Assembly: GCA_017531625.1 (NCBI GenBank)
Contig: JAFXKQ010000115.1
Span: 1 to 57,924, forward strand
Length of the DNA stretch: 57,924 nucleotides
From: Clostridia bacterium
GTDB lineage: Bacteria > Bacillota > Clostridia > Oscillospirales > CAG-382
Direction of reading: 5' to 3'
Made by a program: the position numbers and the translations under genes. How positions within the stretch are numbered: the stretch's first letter is position 1; each line of letters begins with the position of its first letter. The notes under the pieces were generated by a model. It saw nothing but the letters and a program-made list of their open reading frames with translations, was not told the DNA's origin and searched no databases. This document shows positions 17,514-26,457 of this stretch, one piece after another.

Positions 17514-18809
17514 TCAGTTGTTAATATCCCAAATGTTTTTATACTTGGAAATGACGTCTTCATTTACCGTGATCTTCTCACAAAGGTCTACAATGCAGTC
17601 TGAAAACAAATCGTTTTTTAGATTTTCTTTTTCATCATCGACCTTTGTTTCAGAAAAATCAATGCGCTGTACTATGTAGATTATATTGTTTTTTGCATCT
17701 TCATAGTAGTGGAAGTCGCCGGATTTTAATTCTTTTGCTTCAATTCCAAAATACCCTACAAACTCCTCGCTTGTCATGGACATTCCCTCAGGATAGTAAG
17801 AAGCTATGAGCTCACCGTCATCGCTTTGTGCAAGTGCGTCTTCGTAGCTTAAACTTTTGTTGACGAGTTCTTCATAGATTTTTTGAGCCTTTGCTTTGAT
17901 CTGAGCGTTTTCAAGCTCTAAATTAACGTCTTCCGTGCTTGCCTCATTTGATTCAGCATTTTCGGCTTCACTCTCCTCAACAGTTTCGGAGCTCTCCTCA
18001 GCTTTATCTTGTGAAGTTTCGTCTACGCTTTCGGATGAATCGGCAGACTGTGCATCATCATCTGTTTCGGTGTCCTCGGCTTCTTGAGGGGCGTTGAGAT
18101 AGAAATTCATAAACTTGAAGTTGATGTTGTTTTCTTCAAGGGAAGCCTTTGCCTGGTCATCGGTAGGCTCGGTAATGAAATCGTTCTCAAACATAAACTC
18201 GCTCAGATAATTGCCCGTGTAGTAGTAGCGCAAAACTCTGTCCCAATCATCGATTGTGAGATTGTCTTTTGCAAGTTCAACACTCCAACGGTCGGCTGAT
18301 CCGTACTCTTCCAACATGGACTTGTACTCTTCCTCACATTTTTCCGAAAAGGTATCTGGCAAGCTGTAATCGAGGGCAGAAGCAAGTCCTTCGATTGCGA
18401 GCATTTGTTTACAAGCGTTAACAGTACGGTCAAATGCGTACTCCCCAAGGGTGTAAGCGGTACCGTCTTCAAGTTCAGAGTAAGTAATGCCCCAAAACTC
18501 CTTAGTATCGCCGATTGGAGTACCGTAAACAGATTCTATGGTAATGCCATAGTATTCTTCTATGCTTTTGTATTGAGTCATGATTTCGGCCTTGGTGTTG
18601 GTTAATGTGTAAAGAAACAAGGGAACCGAAATCTCGCCGTCTTCAGAACAAAAATCCGTAATTATTTCATCAGAGAGCAAGCTTTCGGATACAACTTCGT
18701 TGCTTCCTTTAATTTGCATTATGGATTCGTTCTGCACGCCGCATGCTGACAGTAAAAACGACAGACACAGGCAGATAACCGCAAAGGTTCTCTTCAAGTT
18801 ATTGCGCAT
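17514..18809 (-). CDS. Lipoprotein with acidic low-complexity linker, function unknown
   Basis: Start is moved to MRNNLKRTF... (GGAGG about 10 nt upstream), with lipobox LLSACG. An Asp/Glu/Ser-rich tract sits mid-protein. Confidence 0.7.
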   Translation of the reverse strand: MRNNLKRTFAVICLCLSFLLSACGVQNESIMQIKGSNEVVSESLLSDEIITDFCSEDGEISVPLFLYTLTNTKAEIMTQYKSIEEYYGITIESVYGTPIGDTKEFWGITYSELEDGTAYTLGEYAFDRTVNACKQMLAIEGLASALDYSLPDTFSEKCEEEYKSMLEEYGSADRWSVELAKDNLTIDDWDRVLRYYYTGNYLSEFMFENDFITEPTDDQAKASLEENNINFKFMNFYLNAPQEAEDTETDDDAQSADSSESVDETSQDKAEESSETVEESEAENAESNEASTEDVNLELENAQIKAKAQKIYEELVNKSLSYEDALAQSDDGELIASYYPEGMSMTSEEFVGYFGIEAKELKSGDFHYYEDAKNNIIYIVQRIDFSETKVDDEKENLKNDLFSDCIVDLCEKITVNEDVISKYKNIWDINN

Positions 18810-18865
18810 AAGCTTAATACCTCCAAGCGTATTATTAAGATTATAACTCAAATAGGTTGGTTTGT

Positions 18866-21800
18866 CTACTCTTTTTGCGACAAATTTGCGTAGAGTTCGA
18901 CAATTTTTCTTATTAATTCAAGCGGGCGATTGCCCTTTTTAACACGGCATGAAATGTGCGGTTTTGCCCCGGCAGAAATCATAATCAGTCCACGCAGCTC
19001 AGGCGTAGCTGCAATTTCGGTGCAAACTTTTATGTCTAATTCGTCTTTGTAGAATGAAATCAGCTCCGCGCGTTGTTCAATGCTCTTGAAGCCGACAACG
19101 GCGGCGGAGTTTCGTATGAGTGAAACGTCGATCAGGTTTGAAACCGACTGCGGAATGTCGCCGAAACGGTCAATAAGCTCGTCAACAAGGTCATCACGTT
19201 CTTCTGTGTTTTCGATAACCGCAATCTTTTTGTAGATGTCTATTCGGATGTTGGATGATTCAATGTAAGATTCGGGAATAAAAGCGTTTACAGAAATATC
19301 AATACTGCAATCAGCTTTATTAGGCTTGAAAATCCCCTTCTCTTCATTGACAGCCTCTTCCAGTAGTTTAATGTATAGATCATAGCCCACTGTTTGAATG
19401 TGACCGTGCTGTTCTGCACCGAGAACGTCTCCTGCACCACGGATTTCCAAATCTCGCATTGCGATTTTAAATCCGGAGCCAAACTCAGTGTATTCTTTCA
19501 CTGCTTCAAGCCTTTTCGTAGCTATTTCGGAAAGAAGTGTTCCCTGGCGGTAAGTGAAATAGGCATAAGCTTTCCTCGGAGAACGTCCCACACGTCCTCT
19601 TATTTGGTGAAGCTGTGAAAGACCTAAACGGTTTGCATCTTCGATAATAAGGGTGTTTGCGTTTGGCACATCCACACCTGTTTCGATTATTGTAGTGCAA
19701 ACGAGGATGTCGGTCTCGCCGTTAACAAGTGATTCCCAAATCTGAGACAGCTCGTCTTTATCAAGTTTGCCGTGGGCTATTGCAACGGTTCTGTCGGGAA
19801 ATTGCTCACTTATCTTATAGGCTCTGGAATAGATTGATTCAATGTCGTTGTGGAGATAAAAAACCTGACCGCCTCGTCTGAGTTCCTTTCGGATTGCTTC
19901 AAAAACTATCTCTTCATCGTATTCCAGCACGTAGCTTTGTACGGGAATACGGTCAACAGGCGCATCTTCTAAAACCGACATATCTCTGATTCCGCTCAAT
20001 ACCATGTTAAGGGTTCTCGGAATCGGAGTAGCGGAAAGAGTAAGAGTATCAACGTCTTTTGCAAGAGTTTTAAGCTTTTCCTTGTGGGTGACACCAAAAC
20101 GCTGTTCTTCGTCAATTATCAAAAGACCGAGGTCAAAGAATTTAATGTCCTTCTGCAAAAGCTTGTGAGTACCTACAACAATGTCAATTTTTCCAAGGGA
20201 CAAGTCTGTCTTTATGCTGTCAAGAGTTTTCTTATCATGAAAACGGGAGAGCATTGCGATTTTTGCACCGAACCCCTTAAAACGGTTTAGAACGGTTTGA
20301 TAATGCTGCCACGCAAGTATGGTCGTTGGCACGAGGATAGCGACTTGTTTACCGGACTCAAACGCCTTGAACGCCGCTCTTAAAGCTACCTCGGTTTTTC
20401 CGAAACCTACGTCACCGCACAGAAGTCTGTCCATTGGCATCTCTTTTTGCATGTCACGTTTGATTTCCTCTGTGGCAATGAGTTGCCCCTCGGTTTCCGG
20501 GTATTCAAAAAGTGATTCAAATTCATCTTGAAGTTCGCTATCCGGCGGAAATGCGAATCCTATGTTCTTCATTCGCTGTCCGTAGAGTAACATGAGATCC
20601 TTTGCAATGTCCTTTGCTGAGGACTTTGCTTTTTGTTTTGCTCTTTGCCACTCGCTGGTACCGAGTCTTGTAAGCTTGACGTTTTCGTTACCGCCAATGT
20701 ATTTGCTTATGGTGTCAAGTTGGTTACAAGGTACGTACAACGCATCTCCTGCTGCGTATGAAAGCTTGATGTAATCCTTTGAAACTCCCTCGGTAATGAG
20801 GTTTTTAATCCCTTCGTATTTGCCTATGCCGTGGTTGATATGTACGACGTAATCCCCGACAGACAGATCGGCGAAGGAAGCGATTTTTTCACCTCTTTTG
20901 CCCGCACCCATAATGAGTTTGCCTTTTCTTGCGACTTTGCTCCTCGCAGTATCAGAATCGTTGAGCATAACAAAAGAAGCTTTCGGTAATTCAAATCCGC
21001 CGTAAAGTGAGGCGTTTTCCAAAACTGCAATAGCCACCGCATTATCGAAAAATTCACCGTCAAAAGGATAACTTTTTATACCTCGTTCAGCTAAAACAAA
21101 GCTTAAATTATCACGTGTACGTGAGTTTGTTGTAATCGCAAGGACTGTGTGTTTGAGATCAAGGTAAGCCTCTACATCCTCAATAAAGGCATTAGTGTTT
21201 GCGGTTGCGGCAATTGTATGTTTAGTATCTATGTTAAAATGAATCTTGCATCCGATGGGATTCTTAGCTGAAAAGAATGCGTTAAGAACAACTGCGTTCT
21301 TAGACAGCAAGGTCACGAGAGTGCTGTCGCTGATAACGCTTTCAGCTGAGGCGAAATTTGTAAGCCCGCTTCTGACTAAGCCTTCGACATTCTGTGTATA
21401 CTCCCAGTAATACGCACGTGCTCTCTCGAGTACACGTCCGCTGTCAAAAATAATGGGCAAGGCACCTTGCATGTAATTAAAAAGATTTTCCTTGTTTTCA
21501 TAAAGAAATGAATAGTATTTATCAGGACAGAGGAGTCTGCCCTGTTCCAAAAGGGCTTCTCTTTCACGGTTTAGAGTTTCGTAAGTTTTTGGCGAGTCGG
21601 TTTCGTCAGAATTAAGTTTTTTGCTGATGAAGTCGATAATTCTTTTTTTAGCATTTTCTGAACAAATCAGTTCCGTTGAGGGAACAATTGAAAATTCGTC
21701 GATGTTATCTATTCTGCGTTGGTCAAGAACGTCGAAGTGCCCGATAAGATCAACTTCGTCACCGAAAAAGTCGATTCGGCACGGATACATTTCTCCGGCA

Positions 21801-22348
21801 GTAAACACGTCAAGAATGCCACCTCTTACAGAGAACTGCCCCGCACCTTCTACCAGGTCTGCACGTCTGTAACCCATTGCAGTGAGCTTGTCTGCAACTT
21901 CTTTTAGCTGTAATACACTGCCGCGTTTTATTGAAATGCTGTTTTCTTTAAGCACTTCCAGCGGTATCGTGTACTGCATAAGAGCATCGGGAACGGTGAT
22001 GACCGCATCGTAGTCATTGGCAGCGATTCTGCTGAGTGCGTCAAGCCTTTCCTGCTCCCACTCTTTAGAGTAGGTTTCAACAGTGTTAAAAACCATGTCT
22101 CTTGCTGTATAAATAAGTACCCTTTCGTAGTACGGTGACAGAGTTGTTTTTAGGCTGTGAGCTGATTTTTCATCGGGGACGATGAATAAGGGCTTGCGGT
22201 TGAGTTTATCTGTCAGTGCAGCGCAAAATGGCGCTCTTGCTCCATCGCAAACTCCCGTAACCAAAGCGGTTGCTTTTTCTTTTCCAAGAAACTCAACTGT
22301 GGTTCTGAAATTTCGGTCTAAATCAAAAATTTGCTTTAAAATCTCCAT
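18866..22348 (-). CDS. mfd: Transcription-repair coupling factor
   Basis: 1160 aa with a CarD-like segment, superfamily-2 helicase motifs GDVGFGKTE and DEEQRFG, and a TRCF C-terminal domain. Confidence 0.95.
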   Translation of the reverse strand: MEILKQIFDLDRNFRTTVEFLGKEKATALVTGVCDGARAPFCAALTDKLNRKPLFIVPDEKSAHSLKTTLSPYYERVLIYTARDMVFNTVETYSKEWEQERLDALSRIAANDYDAVITVPDALMQYTIPLEVLKENSISIKRGSVLQLKEVADKLTAMGYRRADLVEGAGQFSVRGGILDVFTAGEMYPCRIDFFGDEVDLIGHFDVLDQRRIDNIDEFSIVPSTELICSENAKKRIIDFISKKLNSDETDSPKTYETLNREREALLEQGRLLCPDKYYSFLYENKENLFNYMQGALPIIFDSGRVLERARAYYWEYTQNVEGLVRSGLTNFASAESVISDSTLVTLLSKNAVVLNAFFSAKNPIGCKIHFNIDTKHTIAATANTNAFIEDVEAYLDLKHTVLAITTNSRTRDNLSFVLAERGIKSYPFDGEFFDNAVAIAVLENASLYGGFELPKASFVMLNDSDTARSKVARKGKLIMGAGKRGEKIASFADLSVGDYVVHINHGIGKYEGIKNLITEGVSKDYIKLSYAAGDALYVPCNQLDTISKYIGGNENVKLTRLGTSEWQRAKQKAKSSAKDIAKDLMLLYGQRMKNIGFAFPPDSELQDEFESLFEYPETEGQLIATEEIKRDMQKEMPMDRLLCGDVGFGKTEVALRAAFKAFESGKQVAILVPTTILAWQHYQTVLNRFKGFGAKIAMLSRFHDKKTLDSIKTDLSLGKIDIVVGTHKLLQKDIKFFDLGLLIIDEEQRFGVTHKEKLKTLAKDVDTLTLSATPIPRTLNMVLSGIRDMSVLEDAPVDRIPVQSYVLEYDEEIVFEAIRKELRRGGQVFYLHNDIESIYSRAYKISEQFPDRTVAIAHGKLDKDELSQIWESLVNGETDILVCTTIIETGVDVPNANTLIIEDANRLGLSQLHQIRGRVGRSPRKAYAYFTYRQGTLLSEIATKRLEAVKEYTEFGSGFKIAMRDLEIRGAGDVLGAEQHGHIQTVGYDLYIKLLEEAVNEEKGIFKPNKADCSIDISVNAFIPESYIESSNIRIDIYKKIAVIENTEERDDLVDELIDRFGDIPQSVSNLIDVSLIRNSAAVVGFKSIEQRAELISFYKDELDIKVCTEIAATPELRGLIMISAGAKPHISCRVKKGNRPLELIRKIVELYANLSQKE

Positions 22349-22403
22349 AAAAGTTGCATAAACCTCTTTATCGGGTGAATCTTTAACTGCGTCTGAGGAA
22401 GAT

Positions 22404-23006
22404 TTAACGGTTGAACAGATTCATAGCTTTGTCCATTTCTCCGTCAATTATAAGCTCTAAGGCACTGTTGACTTTGTCAAAATTTGCGCTGAGAGCTTCA
22501 AGCTCAGATTTTGTAAACTTTGAAAGAACCCAATCCGCCATGTCGTAATTAGGGTTTGGCTTAACGCCGACACCGAGCTTAATTCTGGGGAACGCAGTGC
22601 TGCCGATGGAGGCAGAAATGGATTTGAGTCCGTTGTGCCCTCCGTGGCTCCCTTGGCGTTTTATTCTCATTACTCCGCAATTGAAAGAAACATCATCAGA
22701 AATTACAATAATTTTTTCGGGAGGAATTTTATAAAATGCTGCACCTTGGGAGACGGCGTTCCCGCTGAGGTTCATAAAGGTCTGCGGTTTCATAAACAGA
22801 ACGTTTTTTCCGTTTATTTCAACCTGTGCGGTAAGTGCGGAATACTTAAGCCGTTCAGCCGCTTTATTTCTTTTACCAAGGATATAATCTACGGCAAGAA
22901 AACCGGCATTGTGCCGTGTGTTTTCGTATTCCCTACCCGGATTGCCAAGCCCCATGACGAGGTATTCAACACCGTTCTTTTTCTTTCCAAAACCAAACAA
23001 ACCCAA
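22404..23006 (-). CDS. pth: Peptidyl-tRNA hydrolase
   Basis: 200 aa with GLGNPG, TRHNAGF and GGHNGLKS motifs. TTG start has GGAGG 8 nt upstream. Confidence 0.9.
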   Translation of the reverse strand: MGLFGFGKKKNGVEYLVMGLGNPGREYENTRHNAGFLAVDYILGKRNKAAERLKYSALTAQVEINGKNVLFMKPQTFMNLSGNAVSQGAAFYKIPPEKIIVISDDVSFNCGVMRIKRQGSHGGHNGLKSISASIGSTAFPRIKLGVGVKPNPNYDMADWVLSKFTKSELEALSANFDKVNSALELIIDGEMDKAMNLFNR

Positions 23007-23070
23007 AGCTCAAACCTCCACTTGAGTATAATTAATAAAAAGGCACTGTTTTCTATGAACTTATCTGTTT

Positions 23071-23099
23071 ATGTTACTACTTTCAGTAAATTTTGTCAA
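23071..23099 (-). promoter_or_regulatory. Sigma-A type promoter candidate for pth-mfd
   Basis: On the minus strand: TTGACA, 17-nt spacer, TAACAT. Confidence 0.45.
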
Positions 23100-23233
23100 T
23101 ACATAGTAGCTGAAATAAGCTTTTGGTTTCATAAAAGTTGTGTTTCGGACATGCAAATGTAAAAAAGGACAAAAAATGTGGAATTTAAACCCAAAAAATC
23201 TGCTATTTTTTTGAAATAAAGTTTAATAAACGA

Positions 23234-23262
23234 TTGATTTAGAAAATCTTTTGTGTTATACT
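23234..23262 (+). promoter_or_regulatory. Sigma-A type promoter candidate (extended -10) for ppdK
   Basis: TTGATT, 17-nt spacer ending in TGT, then TATACT. It lies about 54 nt upstream of the ppdK ATG. Confidence 0.5.
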
Positions 23263-23315
23263 TTGAAGGTATGTGTGACGTAAAAAATTTTTTGAAATAT
23301 TGGGAGGCAAAATCT

Positions 23316-25940
23316 ATGGCAAAAAAATACGTTTATGCTTTTTCCGAGGGTAACGGCTCTATGAGAGAGATCCTCGGCGGTAAGGGTGCGAACCTTGCTG
23401 AGATGACCATACTTGGCATGCCGGTCCCTCAGGGCTTTACGATTTCGACAGAGGCTTGTACTAAGTATTATGATGACGGCGAAGTTATCAGCGACGATCT
23501 CAAAGACGAGATTTTTTCCTATGTAACAAAGCTTGAAAAGATTACAGGTAAGAAGTTCGGCGACGTCAATAATCCCCTCTTGGTTTCCGTGCGTTCCGGT
23601 GCACGTGCTTCTATGCCCGGAATGATGGATACAATTTTGAACCTCGGTCTCAACGACGAAGTGGTTGAGGGTCTTGCTAATCTTACTTCTAATCCCCGTT
23701 TTGCTTATGACAGCTACCGCAGGTTTATTCAAATGTTCTCTGACGTAGTAATGGGTCTTTCTAAAAAGAACTTTGAGGAAATCATTGACAAGATCAAGGA
23801 AGAAAAAGGTATAAAGCTTGACTTGGATCTTACAACAGACGATATGAAGCGTCTTGTTAAGGAGTTCAAGGCTTATTATAAGGCAGAAAAAGGCGAGGAT
23901 TTCCCCTCCGAACCTGTTGCTCAGATGATAGAGGCTGTAAAGGCGGTATTCCGTTCTTGGAATAACGACCGTGCAATTACCTACCGTCGTATGAACGACA
24001 TCCCCTCTTCCTGGGGCACCGCAGTAAATGTTCAGTCCATGGTATTTGGTAACATGGGCGAGACCAGCGGTACAGGCGTTGCATTCACACGTGACCCCGC
24101 TACCGGCGAAAAGAAGCTTTACGGTGAGTTCTTAATGAATGCACAGGGCGAAGACGTTGTTGCAGGTATCAGAACTCCCCAGCCCATCAGCCACCTTGCA
24201 CAAGTCATGCCCGAAGCGTACGACGCATTTGTAAAAATTGCGGACAAGCTTGAAAATCATTACAGAGATATGCAGGACATGGAGTTTACCATTGAAAAAG
24301 GTAAGCTTTACATGCTCCAGACCAGAAACGGTAAGAGAACGGCTGATGCAGCGCTCAAGATTGCCGTTGACCTCGTAGACGAAGGTATGATTACCATTGA
24401 CGAGGCTATTTTGAAGGTTGATCCCAAACAGCTTGACGCTCTTCTCCACCCTCAGTTTGATGCAAAAGCTCTTAAAGCTGCAACAGAGGACGGTAAGGGT
24501 ATTGCGGCTTCTCCCGGAGCTGCATGCGGTAAGGTTTACTTTACGGCAGAAGAATCTACAGTAGCTCATAATGAACGTGGCGAAAAGGTAGTTCTTGTAC
24601 GTCTTGAAACCTCTCCCGAAGACATTGAAGGTATGATTGCCGCCGAAGGTATTCTTACTGTAAGAGGCGGTGCTACTTCCCACGCAGCGGTTGTTGCAAG
24701 AGGTATGGGTAAGTGCTGTGTTGCAGGTTGCAGTGCTATTACAATGCACGCAGACGAAAAGTACTTTGAAATTAACGGTAAGACTGTTAAGGAAGGCGAC
24801 TACATCTCCATCGACGGTTCCACCGGTAAAGTTTATGTTGGCATTATTAAAACCACAGACGCTTCCATCACAGGTCCTTTCGAGAGATTTATGAAGTGGG
24901 CAGATGAAAGAAGAGTTCTTAAGGTTAGAACAAATGCAGACTCTCCCAAGGACGCTGCACAGGCTGTTAAGTTTGGTGCAGAGGGCGTTGGCCTTTGCAG
25001 AACTGAGCATATGTTCTTTGAAGCTGACAGGATCGCCGCTGTACGTGAAATGATCGTTTCCGAAACTACCGAACAGCGCCGTAAAGCACTTTCGAAGATT
25101 CTTCCTATGCAGAGAAGCGACTTTGAGGGCATCTTCCGTGCAATGAACGGACTCCCTGTAACCATTCGTTTCCTTGATCCCCCTCTTCACGAGTTCCTTC
25201 CCACAGCTAAGGCTGACATCGAAGCTCTCGCTAAGGAAATGGGCATTTCTTACGATAGCCTTAACGCAAAGGTTGAGTCTCTCCATGAGATGAACCCCAT
25301 GCTCGGCCACAGAGGTTGCCGTCTTGCAATTTCTTATCCTGAAATTGCAGAGATGCAGACAACAGCTGTTATCGAAGCGGCTATTAACGTTACTAAGGAA
25401 GGTCTTTCCATCGTTCCCGAAATTATGATTCCCCTTGTAGGTGAGGTTAAGGAACTTGCGTTTGTCAAGAAGACCGTTGTTAACACCGCTGATAGAATCA
25501 TTGCAGATTCCGGCATTAAGCTTGAATACAAGGTCGGAACCATGATCGAGATTCCCCGTGCTGCAGTTACAGCAGACGAGATTGCCAAGGAAGCAGAGTT
25601 CTTCTCCTTCGGTACAAACGACCTTACACAGATGACTTTTGGTTTCTCCAGAGACGATGCGGGTAAGTTCCTCGAACATTACTATAAGCAGAAGGTATTC
25701 GAAAGCGATCCCTTCGCACGCCTTGACCAAAACGGCGTAGGTAAGCTCGTAAAGATGGCAGCAGAGCTTGGTAGAAGCACACGCCCCGACATTAAACTCG
25801 GCATCTGCGGCGAACACGGCGGAGATCCTTCTTCCGTTGAGTTCTGCCATAGCGTAGGCTTGAACTATGTATCCTGCTCTCCCTTCCGTGTTCCGATAGC
25901 ACGCTTGGCTGCCGCGCAGGCTGCAATTCGCTCGAAGTAA
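23316..25940 (+). CDS. ppdK: Pyruvate, phosphate dikinase
   Basis: Start is moved to MAKKYVYAF (GGGAGG RBS). Motifs seen are GGKGANLAEM, the phospho-His region GGATSHAAVVARGMG, GLCRTEHMF and ICGEHGGDP. Confidence 0.95.
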   Translation: MAKKYVYAFSEGNGSMREILGGKGANLAEMTILGMPVPQGFTISTEACTKYYDDGEVISDDLKDEIFSYVTKLEKITGKKFGDVNNPLLVSVRSGARASMPGMMDTILNLGLNDEVVEGLANLTSNPRFAYDSYRRFIQMFSDVVMGLSKKNFEEIIDKIKEEKGIKLDLDLTTDDMKRLVKEFKAYYKAEKGEDFPSEPVAQMIEAVKAVFRSWNNDRAITYRRMNDIPSSWGTAVNVQSMVFGNMGETSGTGVAFTRDPATGEKKLYGEFLMNAQGEDVVAGIRTPQPISHLAQVMPEAYDAFVKIADKLENHYRDMQDMEFTIEKGKLYMLQTRNGKRTADAALKIAVDLVDEGMITIDEAILKVDPKQLDALLHPQFDAKALKAATEDGKGIAASPGAACGKVYFTAEESTVAHNERGEKVVLVRLETSPEDIEGMIAAEGILTVRGGATSHAAVVARGMGKCCVAGCSAITMHADEKYFEINGKTVKEGDYISIDGSTGKVYVGIIKTTDASITGPFERFMKWADERRVLKVRTNADSPKDAAQAVKFGAEGVGLCRTEHMFFEADRIAAVREMIVSETTEQRRKALSKILPMQRSDFEGIFRAMNGLPVTIRFLDPPLHEFLPTAKADIEALAKEMGISYDSLNAKVESLHEMNPMLGHRGCRLAISYPEIAEMQTTAVIEAAINVTKEGLSIVPEIMIPLVGEVKELAFVKKTVVNTADRIIADSGIKLEYKVGTMIEIPRAAVTADEIAKEAEFFSFGTNDLTQMTFGFSRDDAGKFLEHYYKQKVFESDPFARLDQNGVGKLVKMAAELGRSTRPDIKLGICGEHGGDPSSVEFCHSVGLNYVSCSPFRVPIARLAAAQAAIRSK

Positions 25941-26000
25941 TTAGGTTAACTGTTTTAGGGTAGATGAAAATTTCTGCTCAAGCACAAATTAAATAACCAC

Positions 26001-26044
26001 ACAGACCTTGAAGAAGAAATTCTTTGAGGTCTGTTTCTTTCTTC
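26001..26044 (+). terminator. ppdK Rho-independent terminator (hairpin family copy 1)
   Basis: 15-bp stem (26001-26015 / 26020-26034) including two G-U wobbles that pair only in the plus-strand RNA. GAAA tetraloop, then TTTCTTTCTT. Confidence 0.8.
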
Positions 26045-26224
26045 ATAATTGGCCAAAAATCTTGAATATACGGGCATTTTTGATAATAAAATCAGAGTTT
26101 AATTCTCATTGTGGTTTTAACCGTGAGAATATAATTTTTTCCCCATGCGATAAAATGACGTTACCAGCCAACAAAACTGCGAAAAGACAAACCGCCTTAT
26201 AACTTGGTGGGCGAAACAAAAATT

Positions 26225-26262
26225 ACGACCTTGTAGAAGAAATTCTATGAGGCCGTTTTTTA
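26225..26262 (+). terminator. Second plus-strand terminator hairpin (family copy 2)
   Basis: 14-bp stem (26225-26238 / 26243-26256) with a GAAA tetraloop and a T6 run. It is sequence-related to the hairpin at 26001. Confidence 0.65.
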
Positions 26263-26349
26263 TGTTTAAAACTATGCAAAATGGTGTTCAAAAAGGAATT
26301 TAAGAGTTAAATACCCAAAAAAGTGAGTTTTCGTGGTTATGCCCGAAAA

Positions 26350-26394
26350 TAAAACAAAATTATCCCCACCGAATAAATCGGTGGGGATTTTTTG
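26350..26394 (-). terminator. Terminator of the giant dockerin gene (bidirectional hairpin)
   Basis: 11-bp stem ATCCCCACCGA/TCGGTGGGGAT with a 5-nt loop and T-rich tracts on both strands. It lies about 65 nt past the stop at 26458. Confidence 0.8.
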
Positions 26395-26457
26395 ATTTAG
26401 TATTTGATTTTTCTTTAAGCCCCTGCCCTCTCGGAAACATCTTGAGGCATAAATCAA

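Noticed and set aside
22635..23162. 175-aa plus-strand ORF overlapping pth and its promoter region
   Set aside because: It is antisense to pth, which has GLGNPG and HNG motifs and a strong RBS. No motif was recognised in it.
24132..25850. 572-aa ORF antisense to ppdK
   Set aside because: It lies entirely inside the strongly supported ppdK frame. Its translation is Cys/Asn/Phe-rich nonsense with no motifs and it has no RBS. It is a typical stop-free antisense frame of a highly expressed gene.
26008..26457. ORFs 26008-26202 (+, 64 aa) and 26272-26457 (-, 61 aa) in the ppdK/dockerin intergenic gap
   Set aside because: They have no RBS and start inside, or run through, terminator hairpins. Their composition is implausible. 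The region is better explained by RNA structures.
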